Source of the DNA: Actinomycetota bacterium
GTDB taxonomy: Bacteria; Actinomycetota; UBA4738; HRBIN12
Direction of reading: 5' to 3'
Assembly: GCA_035697485.1 (NCBI GenBank)
Contig: DASSCU010000043.1
Coordinates: 11,548 to 75,547 of the forward strand
Length of the DNA stretch: 64,000 nucleotides
Shown here: piece by piece, positions 9,614 to 18,797 of the stretch
Layout: the number at the start of each line of letters is the position of its first letter
Position numbering within the stretch: the stretch's first letter is position 1
Made by a program: the position numbers and the translations under genes
Notes under the pieces: model-generated
Seen by the model: only the letters and a program-made list of their open reading frames with translations
Databases searched by the model: none
What the model was told of the DNA's origin: nothing

Positions 9614-10914
9614 CAGCGGATGCCCTCGGCCAGCTCGGCGTCGATCGCTGCGACGGCGCCTTCACGCACCTCGTCGATCTGCACTCGGTCGAGCACCTCC
9701 TGGAAGAACCCGGTCACGATCAGCCGCTCGGCCTCGTCGTGGGGGATGCCACGAGACTCGAGGTAGAAGAGCGCCTCGTCCTCGACGGGCCCCACGCTCG
9801 CCGCATGGCCGCACTTCACGTCGTTCGCCTCGATCTCGAGGTTGGGGATCGCGTCGGCCTTCGCGTGCTCGCTCAGCACGATGTTGCGGCTCGTCTGCAT
9901 CGCGTCGGTCTTCTGGGCCCCCGGTCGCACGTAGACCCAGCCGGAGTAGACGGCTCGGCTGCGATCGCGCAACGCCCCCTTGTACAGCAGATCGCTCGTA
10001 CAGTTCGGCGCCACGTGGTCCTGGCTCGACCGATGGTCGAAGTGCTGCTCACCGTCGGCGAAGAAGACGCCGAGCTGCTCGCTGAACCCACCCGGCTCGG
10101 CGAGCTCGACCTCGGTCTCGGTACGCGCGAGATCCGCCCCGAACCCGAGGGAGAGCGTCCGCAGGTCGGCGTCGCGCCCGGTCCGGGCGCGTTGGATCGC
10201 CAGATGGGTCATGCCCGCGCCCCAGTCCTGGATCGCCGCGTACCGCACGTGCGCGCCGTCGCCGACGCGGATCTCGGTGATCGCGTCGCTGAATGCGCGG
10301 GTGAGATCGGGCGAGGCGTACCGCTCGATGAACGTCACCTCGGCCCCCGCCTCGACCACGATCAACGTGTGCGGGAAGACCGCGGCTCCGTCGACGTCGA
10401 CGTACGTCAACGTCTGCAGTGGCAGGTCGACCCTCGTGTCGCGGGGCACGTACAGGAACGTGCCACCGGTTCGAAAGGCGCCGTGCATCGCGGTGAAGCG
10501 GGTGCGCTTGGTCGGGACGAGATCGTGAAGCGAGCGCTCGACGAGGTCCGGGTACTCAGCCGCAGCTGCGTCGAGATCGGTGAAGATCACGCCCTTCGCC
10601 GCCAGCGTCGGGTCGAGGTGAGTGACCATGACGTCGGAATCGTGCTGGATCTGCAGACCGGCGCGGTCGCCGATGTCGCCTGCCGCCTCCAGGATCTCCG
10701 CCGGCACGCCGTCGAGGTTCTCCGCACGACCGCCCGCCGTGTACGGCGCGAACGTGAGGTCCAGGTCCGACAGGTCGGTGTAACGCCACTCCTCGGTCTC
10801 CTGCGACGGGATCGGCAGGGCTTCGAAGTCGGCGAACGCCTGTCGCCGCAGGTCGCCAATGAACCCGGCGACCTCGGGCAAGCTCGCCAGGGCGCGTTCG
10901 TCGAAGGTGGTCAT
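9613..10914 (-). CDS. sufD: SufD Fe-S cluster assembly protein
   Basis: 433 aa with SufBD-family C-terminal beta-helix region. Lies immediately downstream of sufB (8-nt gap). Confidence 0.85.
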   Translation of the reverse strand: MTTFDERALASLPEVAGFIGDLRRQAFADFEALPIPSQETEEWRYTDLSDLDLTFAPYTAGGRAENLDGVPAEILEAAGDIGDRAGLQIQHDSDVMVTHLDPTLAAKGVIFTDLDAAAAEYPDLVERSLHDLVPTKRTRFTAMHGAFRTGGTFLYVPRDTRVDLPLQTLTYVDVDGAAVFPHTLIVVEAGAEVTFIERYASPDLTRAFSDAITEIRVGDGAHVRYAAIQDWGAGMTHLAIQRARTGRDADLRTLSLGFGADLARTETEVELAEPGGFSEQLGVFFADGEQHFDHRSSQDHVAPNCTSDLLYKGALRDRSRAVYSGWVYVRPGAQKTDAMQTSRNIVLSEHAKADAIPNLEIEANDVKCGHAASVGPVEDEALFYLESRGIPHDEAERLIVTGFFQEVLDRVQIDEVREGAVAAIDAELAEGIR

Positions 10915-10921
10915 CGCGGCG

Positions 10922-12334
10922 TTAGCCGACCGAGCCTTCCATCTGCAGCTCGACGAGGCGGTTCAGCTCGACCGCGTACTCCATCGGCAGCTCGCGCGTG
11001 ATCGGCTCGATGAAGCCGTTCACGATCATCGCGGTGGCCTCGACCTCGGACAGCCCTCGGCTCATCAGATAGAAGAGCTGGTCGTCGCCCACCTTCGAGA
11101 CCGTGGCCTCGTGCCCGAGCGCCGCCGTCTCCTCCTCGACCTCGATGTAGGGATAGGTGTCGCTGCGGCTCTCGTCGTCGAGGATCAGCGCGTCGCAGCG
11201 AACCGTCGACTTCGCGTGATGTGCGTCTGGTTCGACCCGCACGAGCCCCCGGTAGCCGGTGCGCCCGCCGTCCTTCGAGACCGACTTCGAGGTGATCACG
11301 CTCGTCGTGTACGGAGCCGCGTGGATCGCCTTGCCCCCGGCGTCGGTGTGCATGCCCTTGCCGGCGTATGCCACGGAGAGCACCTCGCCACGCGCACCCT
11401 TGCCCACCAGGTAGATCGACGGGTACTTCATCGTGACCTTCGAGCCGATGTTGCCGTCGACCCATTCCATGACGGCGTCCTCGTGCGCGACGGCACGCTT
11501 CGTGACGAGGTTGTAGACGTTCGTCGACCAGTTCTGGATCGTCGTGTACCGCACCCGGGCCCCCTTCATCGCCTTGATCTCGACGACGGCGGAGTGCAGG
11601 GAGTCGCTCGTGTAGATCGGGGCCGAGCAGCCCTCGACGTAATGCACGTAGCTGCCCTCGTCGGCGATGATCAGCGTGCGCTCGAACTGCCCCATGTTCT
11701 CGGCGTTGATGCGGAAGTACGCCTGCAGCGGGATGTCGACGTGCACGCCCGGCGGCACGTAGATGAACGAGCCGCCCGACCACACCGCCGAGTTCAGCGC
11801 CGCGAACTTGTTGTCGTTCGCGGGGATCACGGTGCCGAAGTGCTCGCGCACCAGGTCGGGGTAGTCGCGCAGCGCGCTGTCCATGTCGGTGAAGAGCACG
11901 CCCATCTGGTCGAGCTCGTCCTTGATCTTGTGATAGACGACCTCGCTCTCGTACTGCGCGCTCACACCGCCGAGGTACTTCTGCTCCGCCTGGGGGATGC
12001 CGAGCTTGTCCCAGGTGCCGCGGATGTCTTCGGGGAGGTCCTCCCAGTTCGCGGCCTGCTTCTCGGTCGAGCGGATGAAGTAGTAGATGTTCTGGAAGTC
12101 GATGTCTGACAGGTCGGCGCCCCACCACGGCATCGGCCGCATGTCGAAGTACCGCAGGCTCTTCAGGCGGTACTTCCGCATCCACTCGGGCTCGCCCTTG
12201 AGCGCGGAGATCTCTTCGACCACGCGTTCGTTCAAGCCCCGCTTCGGCTCGAAGACGGCATGCGAAGGGTCCTTCCAGTCGAACCGGTAGCCCTTGGCGA
12301 GCTCCTTGAGGTGTTCTTCCTGTGTGACGGCCAT
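10922..12334 (-). CDS. sufB: SufB Fe-S cluster assembly scaffold
   Basis: Starts at internal ATG 12334 ([22 protein letters not shown]...) with SD AGGAGA about 10 nt upstream. Highly conserved SufB sequence throughout. Confidence 0.9.
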   Translation of the reverse strand: MAVTQEEHLKELAKGYRFDWKDPSHAVFEPKRGLNERVVEEISALKGEPEWMRKYRLKSLRYFDMRPMPWWGADLSDIDFQNIYYFIRSTEKQAANWEDLPEDIRGTWDKLGIPQAEQKYLGGVSAQYESEVVYHKIKDELDQMGVLFTDMDSALRDYPDLVREHFGTVIPANDNKFAALNSAVWSGGSFIYVPPGVHVDIPLQAYFRINAENMGQFERTLIIADEGSYVHYVEGCSAPIYTSDSLHSAVVEIKAMKGARVRYTTIQNWSTNVYNLVTKRAVAHEDAVMEWVDGNIGSKVTMKYPSIYLVGKGARGEVLSVAYAGKGMHTDAGGKAIHAAPYTTSVITSKSVSKDGGRTGYRGLVRVEPDAHHAKSTVRCDALILDDESRSDTYPYIEVEEETAALGHEATVSKVGDDQLFYLMSRGLSEVEATAMIVNGFIEPITRELPMEYAVELNRLVELQMEGSVG

Positions 12335-12502
12335 CGGTAGCGGGTCTCCTCGCGCGTCGATCGTCGGACCGCTGCCCCGCGGTGGTGCGAACACTTCCGA
12401 TGCTACCCGCGGGTGACGCTCAAAGTCTACCGGAAAGGTCGGATTTGCGTCCGGCTCGCCGGGTTGCATACCCTTCCGCCACCGAGCGAAGGGGGACGTC
12501 GG

Positions 12503-12673
12503 ATGGACGGAACGAGAGCGGCAGGCGGGTCGAAGACCGGCGTGAAGATCCTGGCGGTGGTGATCGCCGCGGCGGCGCTCGCGGTCGCCGCGACGACCGG
12601 TGATTCGTGGGCCGTCCGATCGATCCTGGTGCTGGTCGCCGGCGACGTGGCGGTGCGTCTCTGGCGATGGTGA
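12503..12673 (+). CDS. Possible small membrane protein (56 aa) translationally coupled to the PAP2 gene
   Basis: [56 protein letters not shown] has two hydrophobic segments. SD GGGGGA lies 7 nt upstream; its stop overlaps the PAP2 start (ATGgTGA). Could be a GC artefact. Confidence 0.25.
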   Translation: MDGTRAAGGSKTGVKILAVVIAAAALAVAATTGDSWAVRSILVLVAGDVAVRLWRW

Positions 12674-13308
12674 TCCGCCGGCGCATCGACGCCGCCGCCC
12701 TGGCGGGGGGCCTCGGCGTGCTCGCGCTCTGTGCGATCCCGGCCTCGAGCGGGCGGGTGGACGGGCCCGAGCGAGCCGTCTTCGAGGCGATCAACGGGCT
12801 GCCGGATGCGCTCGAGCCGGTGATGCTGACCGCCCAGTTCCTCGGGGTGCTCGCGATCGGCCCCCTCGTCGCGTCGATCGCTCTCGTCGCCCGTCGCCCG
12901 CGGCTCGCGGTCGCGGCGCTGCTCGTCACCCTCGGGAAGCTTCTGGCCGAGCGGCTCGTCTGGAAGGTGGTGCAGCGCAACCGACCCGGCGAGACGGAAC
13001 CCGAGGCGATCGTCCGCGGCGATACGAGCCCGACCGGGGTCTCCTTCGTGAGCGGACACGTCGTGCTCACCACCGGCCTGGCCTGGGTGGCGACCCCCTA
13101 CCTGCACGGCCGGTGGCGGATCGTGCCGTGGGTGATCGTCGCCCTGGTGGCGTTCGCGCGCGTTTACCTGGGGGCTCACAACCCGCTCGACGTGGCCGGA
13201 GGGTTCGGCCTGGGCCTCGCGATCGGCGGTGCGGTCAATCTCGCCCTCGGGGTGCCGGCCGAGGGCTCGGACGCGACGGCCGGCGACGCGCAGGGAACCG
13301 AGGTCTGA
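12667..13308 (+). CDS. PAP2-family phosphatase (phosphatidic acid phosphatase type 2 / undecaprenyl-PP phosphatase-like) membrane protein
   Basis: Carries [10 protein letters not shown]...VSGH...[12 protein letters not shown], which matches the three PAP2 signature motifs (KX6RP, PSGH, SRX5HX3D). Several TM helices. Start taken at internal ATG 12667. Confidence 0.7.
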   Translation: MVIRRRIDAAALAGGLGVLALCAIPASSGRVDGPERAVFEAINGLPDALEPVMLTAQFLGVLAIGPLVASIALVARRPRLAVAALLVTLGKLLAERLVWKVVQRNRPGETEPEAIVRGDTSPTGVSFVSGHVVLTTGLAWVATPYLHGRWRIVPWVIVALVAFARVYLGAHNPLDVAGGFGLGLAIGGAVNLALGVPAEGSDATAGDAQGTEV

Positions 13309-13339
13309 CGGTCCCCGCCCCCCGCGTCGCCGAGCGGGC

Positions 13340-14188
13340 TTACCCGCCCAACTCCACCGGCGCCCCGACCAGCGAGCCGTACTCGGTCCACGATCCGTCG
13401 TAGTTCTTGACGTGTTCGTAACCCAGGAGCTCCTGCAGCGCGAACCAGGTGTGGCTCGAGCGCTCGCCGATCCGACAGTAGGCGATGACCTCACGGTCGG
13501 GGGTGATGCCCTCGGCCTCGTAGAGCTCGCGCAGCTCGTCCGCGCTCTTGAACGTGCCGTCGTCGTTCGCGGCCTTCGCCCACGGGATGTTCGCGGCACC
13601 GGCGATGTGGCCGGGCACCTGCGACTGCTCCTGCGGCAGGTGGTCGGGCGCGAGCTTCTCACCGCGGAATTCCTCGGGCGAGCGGACGTCGACGAAGCCG
13701 GGTGCGCCGCCCACCTTGCCGATCACCTCGTCGCGGAGCGCTCGGATCTCGGGACGCTCGGCGCCCGTGATCGTGAACCCCGCGGGTTCGTAGCTCGGCA
13801 CCTCCTGCGTCAGCTCGCGGCTCTCGAGCTCCCACTTCTTCCGGCCGCCGTTCAGCAGCTTCACATCGTCGAACCCGCGGAGCTTCAGCAGCCAGTAGGC
13901 GTAGGCGGCGAACCAGTTGTTGTTCCCGCCGTAGAGCACGACGGTGGTGCCCTCGCCCACTCCAGCCTCCGAGAGCAAGCGCGAGAAGCCGCCCTGGTCC
14001 TGGAAGTCTCGCCCGACCTCGGAGTGGAGGTCCGTGGTCCAGTTCCACTTCACGGCACCGCGGATGTGACCTTTGTCGTACGCGGTGGTGTCCTCGTCGA
14101 CCTCGATCACGCGCACGCCGCGATCGTCGAGATGTTCCTCCAGCCAGCCGGTGCTGACGAGCACGTCGGGATTCGAGTAGTCGGCCAT
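13340..14188 (-). CDS. Thiosulfate/3-mercaptopyruvate sulfurtransferase (tandem rhodanese domains)
   Basis: 282 aa with two rhodanese domains and active-site loop YCRIGERSSHTW. SD GGAGAGGAAGGA lies upstream of ATG 14188. Confidence 0.85.
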   Translation of the reverse strand: MADYSNPDVLVSTGWLEEHLDDRGVRVIEVDEDTTAYDKGHIRGAVKWNWTTDLHSEVGRDFQDQGGFSRLLSEAGVGEGTTVVLYGGNNNWFAAYAYWLLKLRGFDDVKLLNGGRKKWELESRELTQEVPSYEPAGFTITGAERPEIRALRDEVIGKVGGAPGFVDVRSPEEFRGEKLAPDHLPQEQSQVPGHIAGAANIPWAKAANDDGTFKSADELRELYEAEGITPDREVIAYCRIGERSSHTWFALQELLGYEHVKNYDGSWTEYGSLVGAPVELGG

Positions 14189-14226
14189 GTCGGTTCGGTC
14201 CTTCCTCTCCCGGTCGGGGAAACGAC

Positions 14227-14255
14227 GACGGCGGCCGCACGATGCGGCCGCCGTC
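14227..14255 (-). terminator. Perfect 13-bp stem / 3-nt loop hairpin between sufT and the rhodanese gene (terminator or attenuator candidate)
   Basis: gacggcggccgca-cga-tgcggccgccgtc, followed on the minus strand by GTCGTTTCCCC (weak U-tract). Seen directly in the sequence. Confidence 0.3.
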
Positions 14256-14480
14256 CGGTGTTCTCGGTCCGGAGATGGTGGTTCAGGGGCCGCGTTACGT
14301 ATGCATCTCCGGGTCGGCGCCGGTCGCCGGACAGCACAGGCGAGAGGGGATCATGGCCGCCACCTCCCCGATGCACCTCGTCCGGACCAAATCACGGCTC
14401 CTCGGTCGGATTCGCAGGTGCGATACCTATCGCATCTGCGACGACGCCGTCAAACGGGCCTCGCCGCGGGGGTCGGACGC

Positions 14481-14855
14481 TCAGAAGATGCCGAGGGCGG
14501 CCTTGGCTTCGTCGGACATCATCTCCGGGGTCCACGGTGGACGCAGCACGAACTCCGGTCGCACCTCGTCGACGCCGGGGATGCCTCGCAGGAACGAGCG
14601 CATCTGATCCTCGATCATCGGCCCGATCGGACACCCCATCGTGGTCAGCGAGTACTGGATGTCGACGCCGCCGTCGTGGTCCACCTGAACGTCGTACACG
14701 AGCCCGAGGTCGACGATGTTCAGGCCGAGCTCAGGATCGTAGACGTTCTTCAGGGCTTCGAAGACGGCCTCGCGCGTGTCGCCGCTCGCCGTCTCGACGG
14801 CGTCCTGCGCGTCGGCTCCGTCGCTTCCTGCGTCAACCGCGATCTCTTCGTGCAT
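14481..14855 (-). CDS. sufT: SufT (DUF59/MIP18-family Fe-S cluster maturation protein)
   Basis: 124 aa with EALKNVYDPELGLNIVDLGLVYDV...TTMGCPIGPMI, the DUF59 signature. Confidence 0.8.
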   Translation of the reverse strand: MHEEIAVDAGSDGADAQDAVETASGDTREAVFEALKNVYDPELGLNIVDLGLVYDVQVDHDGGVDIQYSLTTMGCPIGPMIEDQMRSFLRGIPGVDEVRPEFVLRPPWTPEMMSDEAKAALGIF

Positions 14856-14934
14856 GCGCGCATCCTGTCTCGACTCGTCCTATCCTGAACAGCGTACCCG
14901 TACTTCCCCACAACGAAGGAGCGTGTCACCGCCC

Positions 14935-15585
14935 ATGTCGGAGTCGCCGATCCGTGCGCTGATCGTGGACGACCACCCCGTGACCCGCGAAGGGCTCCGC
15001 ACCGCGCTGGAGCTCTCCGACGAGATCGTCGTGGTCGTCGGCGAGGCGGCCACCGGCGAGGAGGCGGTGGAGCAGGCCCGTGAGCTCACCCCCGACGTCG
15101 TCTTCATGGACGTGCGCATGCCCGGCATGGACGGCATCGAGGCGACGCGGCGCATCCGTCAGGCCGCTCCCGCCACCAAGGTCATCTTGATCACGATCGA
15201 CGAGTCGCGCGGCGCGATCAGCGAGGCGATCCAGGCGGGTGTTTCCGGCTACCTCCTGAAGGATGCCTCCCCCGACGCGCTCGTCGACGCGGCCAAGAAC
15301 GCGATCGAGGGGAACGCGGTGATCCATCCCCAGCTCACGAAGACGTTCATCGAGGAGGTGCGGTTGGGTGAGGCCGAGGGCCCGAAGGCCGCCCCGCTAT
15401 CCAAGCGCGAGCGCGAGATCCTGCAGAAGGTCGCCGACGGGTCGACGACACGCCAGGTCGCGACCGAACTCGGGATCTCTCCCCACACCGTGAAGACCCA
15501 CCTCGAGCGCATCTTCGAGAAGCTCGGTGCGAACGACCGAGCCCAGGCGGTGGCGATCGCGATCCGCACCGGCATCGTGCACTGA
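14935..15585 (+). CDS. NarL/FixJ (LuxR) family two-component response regulator
   Basis: Starts at internal ATG 14935 (MSESPIRALIVDDHPVTREGL...). Receiver region has DVVFMDVRMPGMDG and the C-terminal LuxR HTH is LSKREREILQKVADGSTTRQVATELGISPHTVKTHL. SD AAGGAG lies 13 nt upstream. Confidence 0.85.
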   Translation: MSESPIRALIVDDHPVTREGLRTALELSDEIVVVVGEAATGEEAVEQARELTPDVVFMDVRMPGMDGIEATRRIRQAAPATKVILITIDESRGAISEAIQAGVSGYLLKDASPDALVDAAKNAIEGNAVIHPQLTKTFIEEVRLGEAEGPKAAPLSKREREILQKVADGSTTRQVATELGISPHTVKTHLERIFEKLGANDRAQAVAIAIRTGIVH

Positions 15586-15629
15586 CCGGCGCCTCAACCG
15601 GTCCCTGCCGCGGCCGATAGGAACAACAC

Positions 15630-16820
15630 ATGCTCCGTTCCGTGCTCCTCTGCGACACGACGGACGAGATCGCAGCGCTCCGCGTCGCGGCCGTCAACGA
15701 CCCGGATCTCGTCGTCGAGGTCTCCTCCGACGCGCTCCGCGCGATCGAGGCGGCAGCGCGTCTGCGGCCCGACGTCGTGGTCTGCCGACTCTCGATGGAA
15801 GGGTTCTCGGGCACGGAGCTGCTCGCCCGCATCGGCGCCTCGTCACCGGACTCGCACGTGATCGTGCGCGTGCCCGTCGACGACGTCGCTCGGGCGTCCT
15901 CGTGCCTCGCCGAGGGGGCGCACGGGGTCGTCGCCACCGACGATGAGGCGGGCGCGGTGATGGCCGCGATCCGGGCGGTGGCCGAGGGCGGGGTGGCCCT
16001 GTCCCCCCGCATCGCCCGCTCGATCGGCGACGCGCTCCTCGAGTCGCTCGACGCGACCGAGCGGCTCGGCGCCGACCTCGAGGACATCCGTCACAGCGTG
16101 GCCCAGGGCACGTCGGCGAAGGCCGACTTCCTCTCCAACATCTCCCATGAGCTCCGGACACCGGTGACCGTGGCCAAGGGCATCGCTTACGTGCTGAACA
16201 ACCCGTCGATCGGCGAGGACGAACGGACGGAGTTCCTCGGCGAGCTCCAAGGGTCCCTGGACAAGCTGATGGGCCTCGTGGACGAGATCATCACGATGTC
16301 GGAGCTCGAGCGCGGCACGTTCGAGCTCCAACTGGCCGACGTGGATCTCGCCCCCACCGTCGACCGAGCCGTCGCGGCGGCACGGGAGCAGCACCCGAAG
16401 ATCCGCATCGAGGCGTCGATCGCAACGCCGCTGCTCACGCTCGCCGACGAAGAGCGGCTCGAGGGGGTGGTGGCCGAACTCCTGGACAACGCGTGTCGCT
16501 ACTCCCCCGACGGGATGCCCGTGCACGTCTCGGCGAGGTCGATGTCGGAAGGCATCGTCGTGAGCATCACCGACCGAGGTGAGGGCCTCGACCGCACGGT
16601 GGCGAGGCGTTCGTTCGACGAGCCTTTCTCGACCGGTGAAGGCGTCCTGCGCAAGGAGAAGGCCGGCGTCGGGGTCGGATTGCACCTCGCACGGCAGCTC
16701 GTGATCGAGCACGGCGGCACGCTCTGGACGGACCCGCTGCCCGGCGGTGGCACCCGGGCATCGTTCTGCATCCCGCCGCCGGCCTCCCGAGGGCACATCC
16801 GGTCGGCGGGCGCCGCCTGA
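15630..16820 (+). CDS. Histidine kinase with an N-terminal receiver-like (pseudo-receiver) domain
   Basis: H-box SHELRTPVT, N-box DNACRYSPDG, G1 TDRGEGL, G2 GVGVGLHLARQL. The first ~120 aa have a REC-like fold in which the phospho-acceptor Asp position reads ...DVVVCRLSMEGFSG. Confidence 0.8.
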   Translation: MLRSVLLCDTTDEIAALRVAAVNDPDLVVEVSSDALRAIEAAARLRPDVVVCRLSMEGFSGTELLARIGASSPDSHVIVRVPVDDVARASSCLAEGAHGVVATDDEAGAVMAAIRAVAEGGVALSPRIARSIGDALLESLDATERLGADLEDIRHSVAQGTSAKADFLSNISHELRTPVTVAKGIAYVLNNPSIGEDERTEFLGELQGSLDKLMGLVDEIITMSELERGTFELQLADVDLAPTVDRAVAAAREQHPKIRIEASIATPLLTLADEERLEGVVAELLDNACRYSPDGMPVHVSARSMSEGIVVSITDRGEGLDRTVARRSFDEPFSTGEGVLRKEKAGVGVGLHLARQLVIEHGGTLWTDPLPGGGTRASFCIPPPASRGHIRSAGAA

Positions 16821-16923
16821 GCGGCGTGCCGGATCGAGCGTGACCGGCGGGCCGCATCGAGCGCGTTCCTCGGGCGGCGCTGGCGGCGAGCGTCCAGGTC
16901 GCCTATCCTCCTGTGGGGGTCGC

Positions 16924-17628
16924 GTGCGAAGAACCGTCGTGGGGATGACGATCGCCCTCTTGGGCACCGGGTGCGTCGCGCCCTCGACGACCGATGTCCC
17001 AGCGGTCGCCGACACGATCGAGGTCCTCTCCTCACCGAGCCCGTTCACGCAGGTCAACGCCGGTCCCGTCTCCGCGCTGGTGCCCGACGGCTGGGAAGCC
17101 CACCCCCCGGTCGACACCGGGTTCCGCGGCGGGTTCCTGGCCTCACCTCATCCCGATCGGTGGCGACGCATGGACGGTGGCGTCCCTGGCATGTCGGCGA
17201 CATGGGTGGACGCGACCCGTGTGGGCATGCCGTCGGACTTCTACTATCTCGCGGCCACGGGTCCCCTGTTGGCGAACCTGACGGAATCCCGGCGCTGCCG
17301 CGCGGAGACCCCCCGGGTGTTCGTGGACCGCCGGCCAGAGTTCTCCTCGAGGGGACCGACCCACGGCGACTACGTGGCCCGTGGGGAGGGCTCCTGCGAA
17401 GTGCGGGGGGTCTCGACACGGTGGGCCTACTTCGTCGCCGCTCCCGGCTATGGGCCCGTGCACGAGATCGGCATCCCTGCCTCCGGGCTCTACGTGGTCG
17501 TGGCGGTCGCCCCCGAGGGGGAACGCGCCGAGTCATTCCTCGACCGGCTGATCCGCCACACCTCGTTCGGCGGGTCGTCAGTCGACGATCTCGTCCACGC
17601 CATCGGAGGCGGGGTCCGGGCCCGCTGA
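16924..17628 (+). CDS. Hypothetical lipoprotein
   Basis: GTG 16924 preceded by GGGGG. N-terminus VRRTVVGMTIALLGTGC has a lipobox (LLGTGC). No recognisable domain. Confidence 0.45.
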   Translation: MRRTVVGMTIALLGTGCVAPSTTDVPAVADTIEVLSSPSPFTQVNAGPVSALVPDGWEAHPPVDTGFRGGFLASPHPDRWRRMDGGVPGMSATWVDATRVGMPSDFYYLAATGPLLANLTESRRCRAETPRVFVDRRPEFSSRGPTHGDYVARGEGSCEVRGVSTRWAYFVAAPGYGPVHEIGIPASGLYVVVAVAPEGERAESFLDRLIRHTSFGGSSVDDLVHAIGGGVRAR

Positions 17629-17638
17629 CGCGGGAAGC

Positions 17639-18757
17639 TCAGCGCGGGTTTCGGTCGACGAACGGCGGTCGCACCACGTCCGCGACCCCACGCCGCCCGC
17701 GGATGTCGACCTCTACGGTGTCGCCGGTGGTGGCGACGTCGGCGGGCCAGAGGTAGGCGAGGCCGATGCCCGTCTGCAGCAGCGGCGAGAACGTCCCGCT
17801 CGTGACCTCACCGATCAGCTGGTCCTCGGTGAACACGGGGTAGTGGGCCCGTGGGATGTGTCGTCGCTCGTGCATGCGCAACCCCACGAGCCGGCTCGGC
17901 AGCCCTTCCTCGCGTTGCCGCAGCAGCGACGTCCGCCCTCGGAAGTCGCCCTTGTCGAACGAGACGGCCCACGACAACCCTGCCTCCAGGGCGGTGACCG
18001 ACTCGAACAGGTCCTGCCCGTAGAGCGGATACCCCATCTCGAGTCGAAGCACGTCGCGCGCCGCGAGGCCGCACGGTGCACCACCGTAAGGCCCCATCTC
18101 CTCGAGCAGTGCGCTCCACAGGTCGTGGGCCACGTCCTGGAACGTGAAGAGCTCGAACCCGACCTCGCCGGTATAGCCCGACCTCGTGACGATCACGGGC
18201 CGTCGTTTGAACTCCGACTCGACACACTGCATGAACGCGAGGTCGCTCGCTTCCGGGAACAGCCGCTGCATCACGTGGACCGACTCGGGTCCCTGGACCG
18301 CGAGGAAGCACCAGTCCTGGTGGTACATCAGGTGCACACGGGAGTCGGCCGGCGTCTCCTCTAGGATCTGCAGGACCCGGTGCGCGTTGGCGGCGTTCGG
18401 CACCACGAAGTAGCGCTCGTCGTCGAGGCGATACACGATCAGGTCCTCGATCACGCCCCCGCCCTCGTTCAATACGAGGTTGTAGAGCGCCTCACCGACG
18501 GCGGCGCGGGACACGTCGTTGGTGACGACCCGCTGCAGCAGACCCAGGGCTCCGGGGCCGGTCACATCCACCTTGCCGAGGTGCGTGAGGTCGAACAGTC
18601 CGACGCGCTCGCGAACCGTCTCGTGCTCCTTCAGCGCCCCGGCGTACTCGATCGGCATCGACCATCCGCCGAACGGACCGAGCTTCGCGCCGAGCGCCCG
18701 ATGTTCCGCCTCGAGGGGCGTGTGCTGCAGCGCCGCGGGCTCGTCCACGCCCGGCAT
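17639..18757 (-). CDS. gcvT: Glycine cleavage system aminomethyltransferase GcvT
   Basis: 372-aa C-terminal part of the 626-aa track ORF, from MPGVDEP... with GcvT motifs (...GLFDLTHLGK..., YTGEVGFELF). The start coordinate was computed from residue count; my reading of the raw lines near 18720 was off by one nucleotide, so it may be wrong by 1-3 nt. Confidence 0.8.
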   Translation of the reverse strand: MPGVDEPAALQHTPLEAEHRALGAKLGPFGGWSMPIEYAGALKEHETVRERVGLFDLTHLGKVDVTGPGALGLLQRVVTNDVSRAAVGEALYNLVLNEGGGVIEDLIVYRLDDERYFVVPNAANAHRVLQILEETPADSRVHLMYHQDWCFLAVQGPESVHVMQRLFPEASDLAFMQCVESEFKRRPVIVTRSGYTGEVGFELFTFQDVAHDLWSALLEEMGPYGGAPCGLAARDVLRLEMGYPLYGQDLFESVTALEAGLSWAVSFDKGDFRGRTSLLRQREEGLPSRLVGLRMHERRHIPRAHYPVFTEDQLIGEVTSGTFSPLLQTGIGLAYLWPADVATTGDTVEVDIRGRRGVADVVRPPFVDRNPR

Positions 18758-18797
18758 CGTAGCCGCTCGGAGGAAGCCCGGTAGACTGGCTCGTCGG

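Noticed and set aside
12335-12502. Expected sufR gene or SufR operator upstream of sufB
   Set aside because: No ArsR-type ORF exists here. Only weak direct CCGCGGG repeats were seen, too speculative to call a site.
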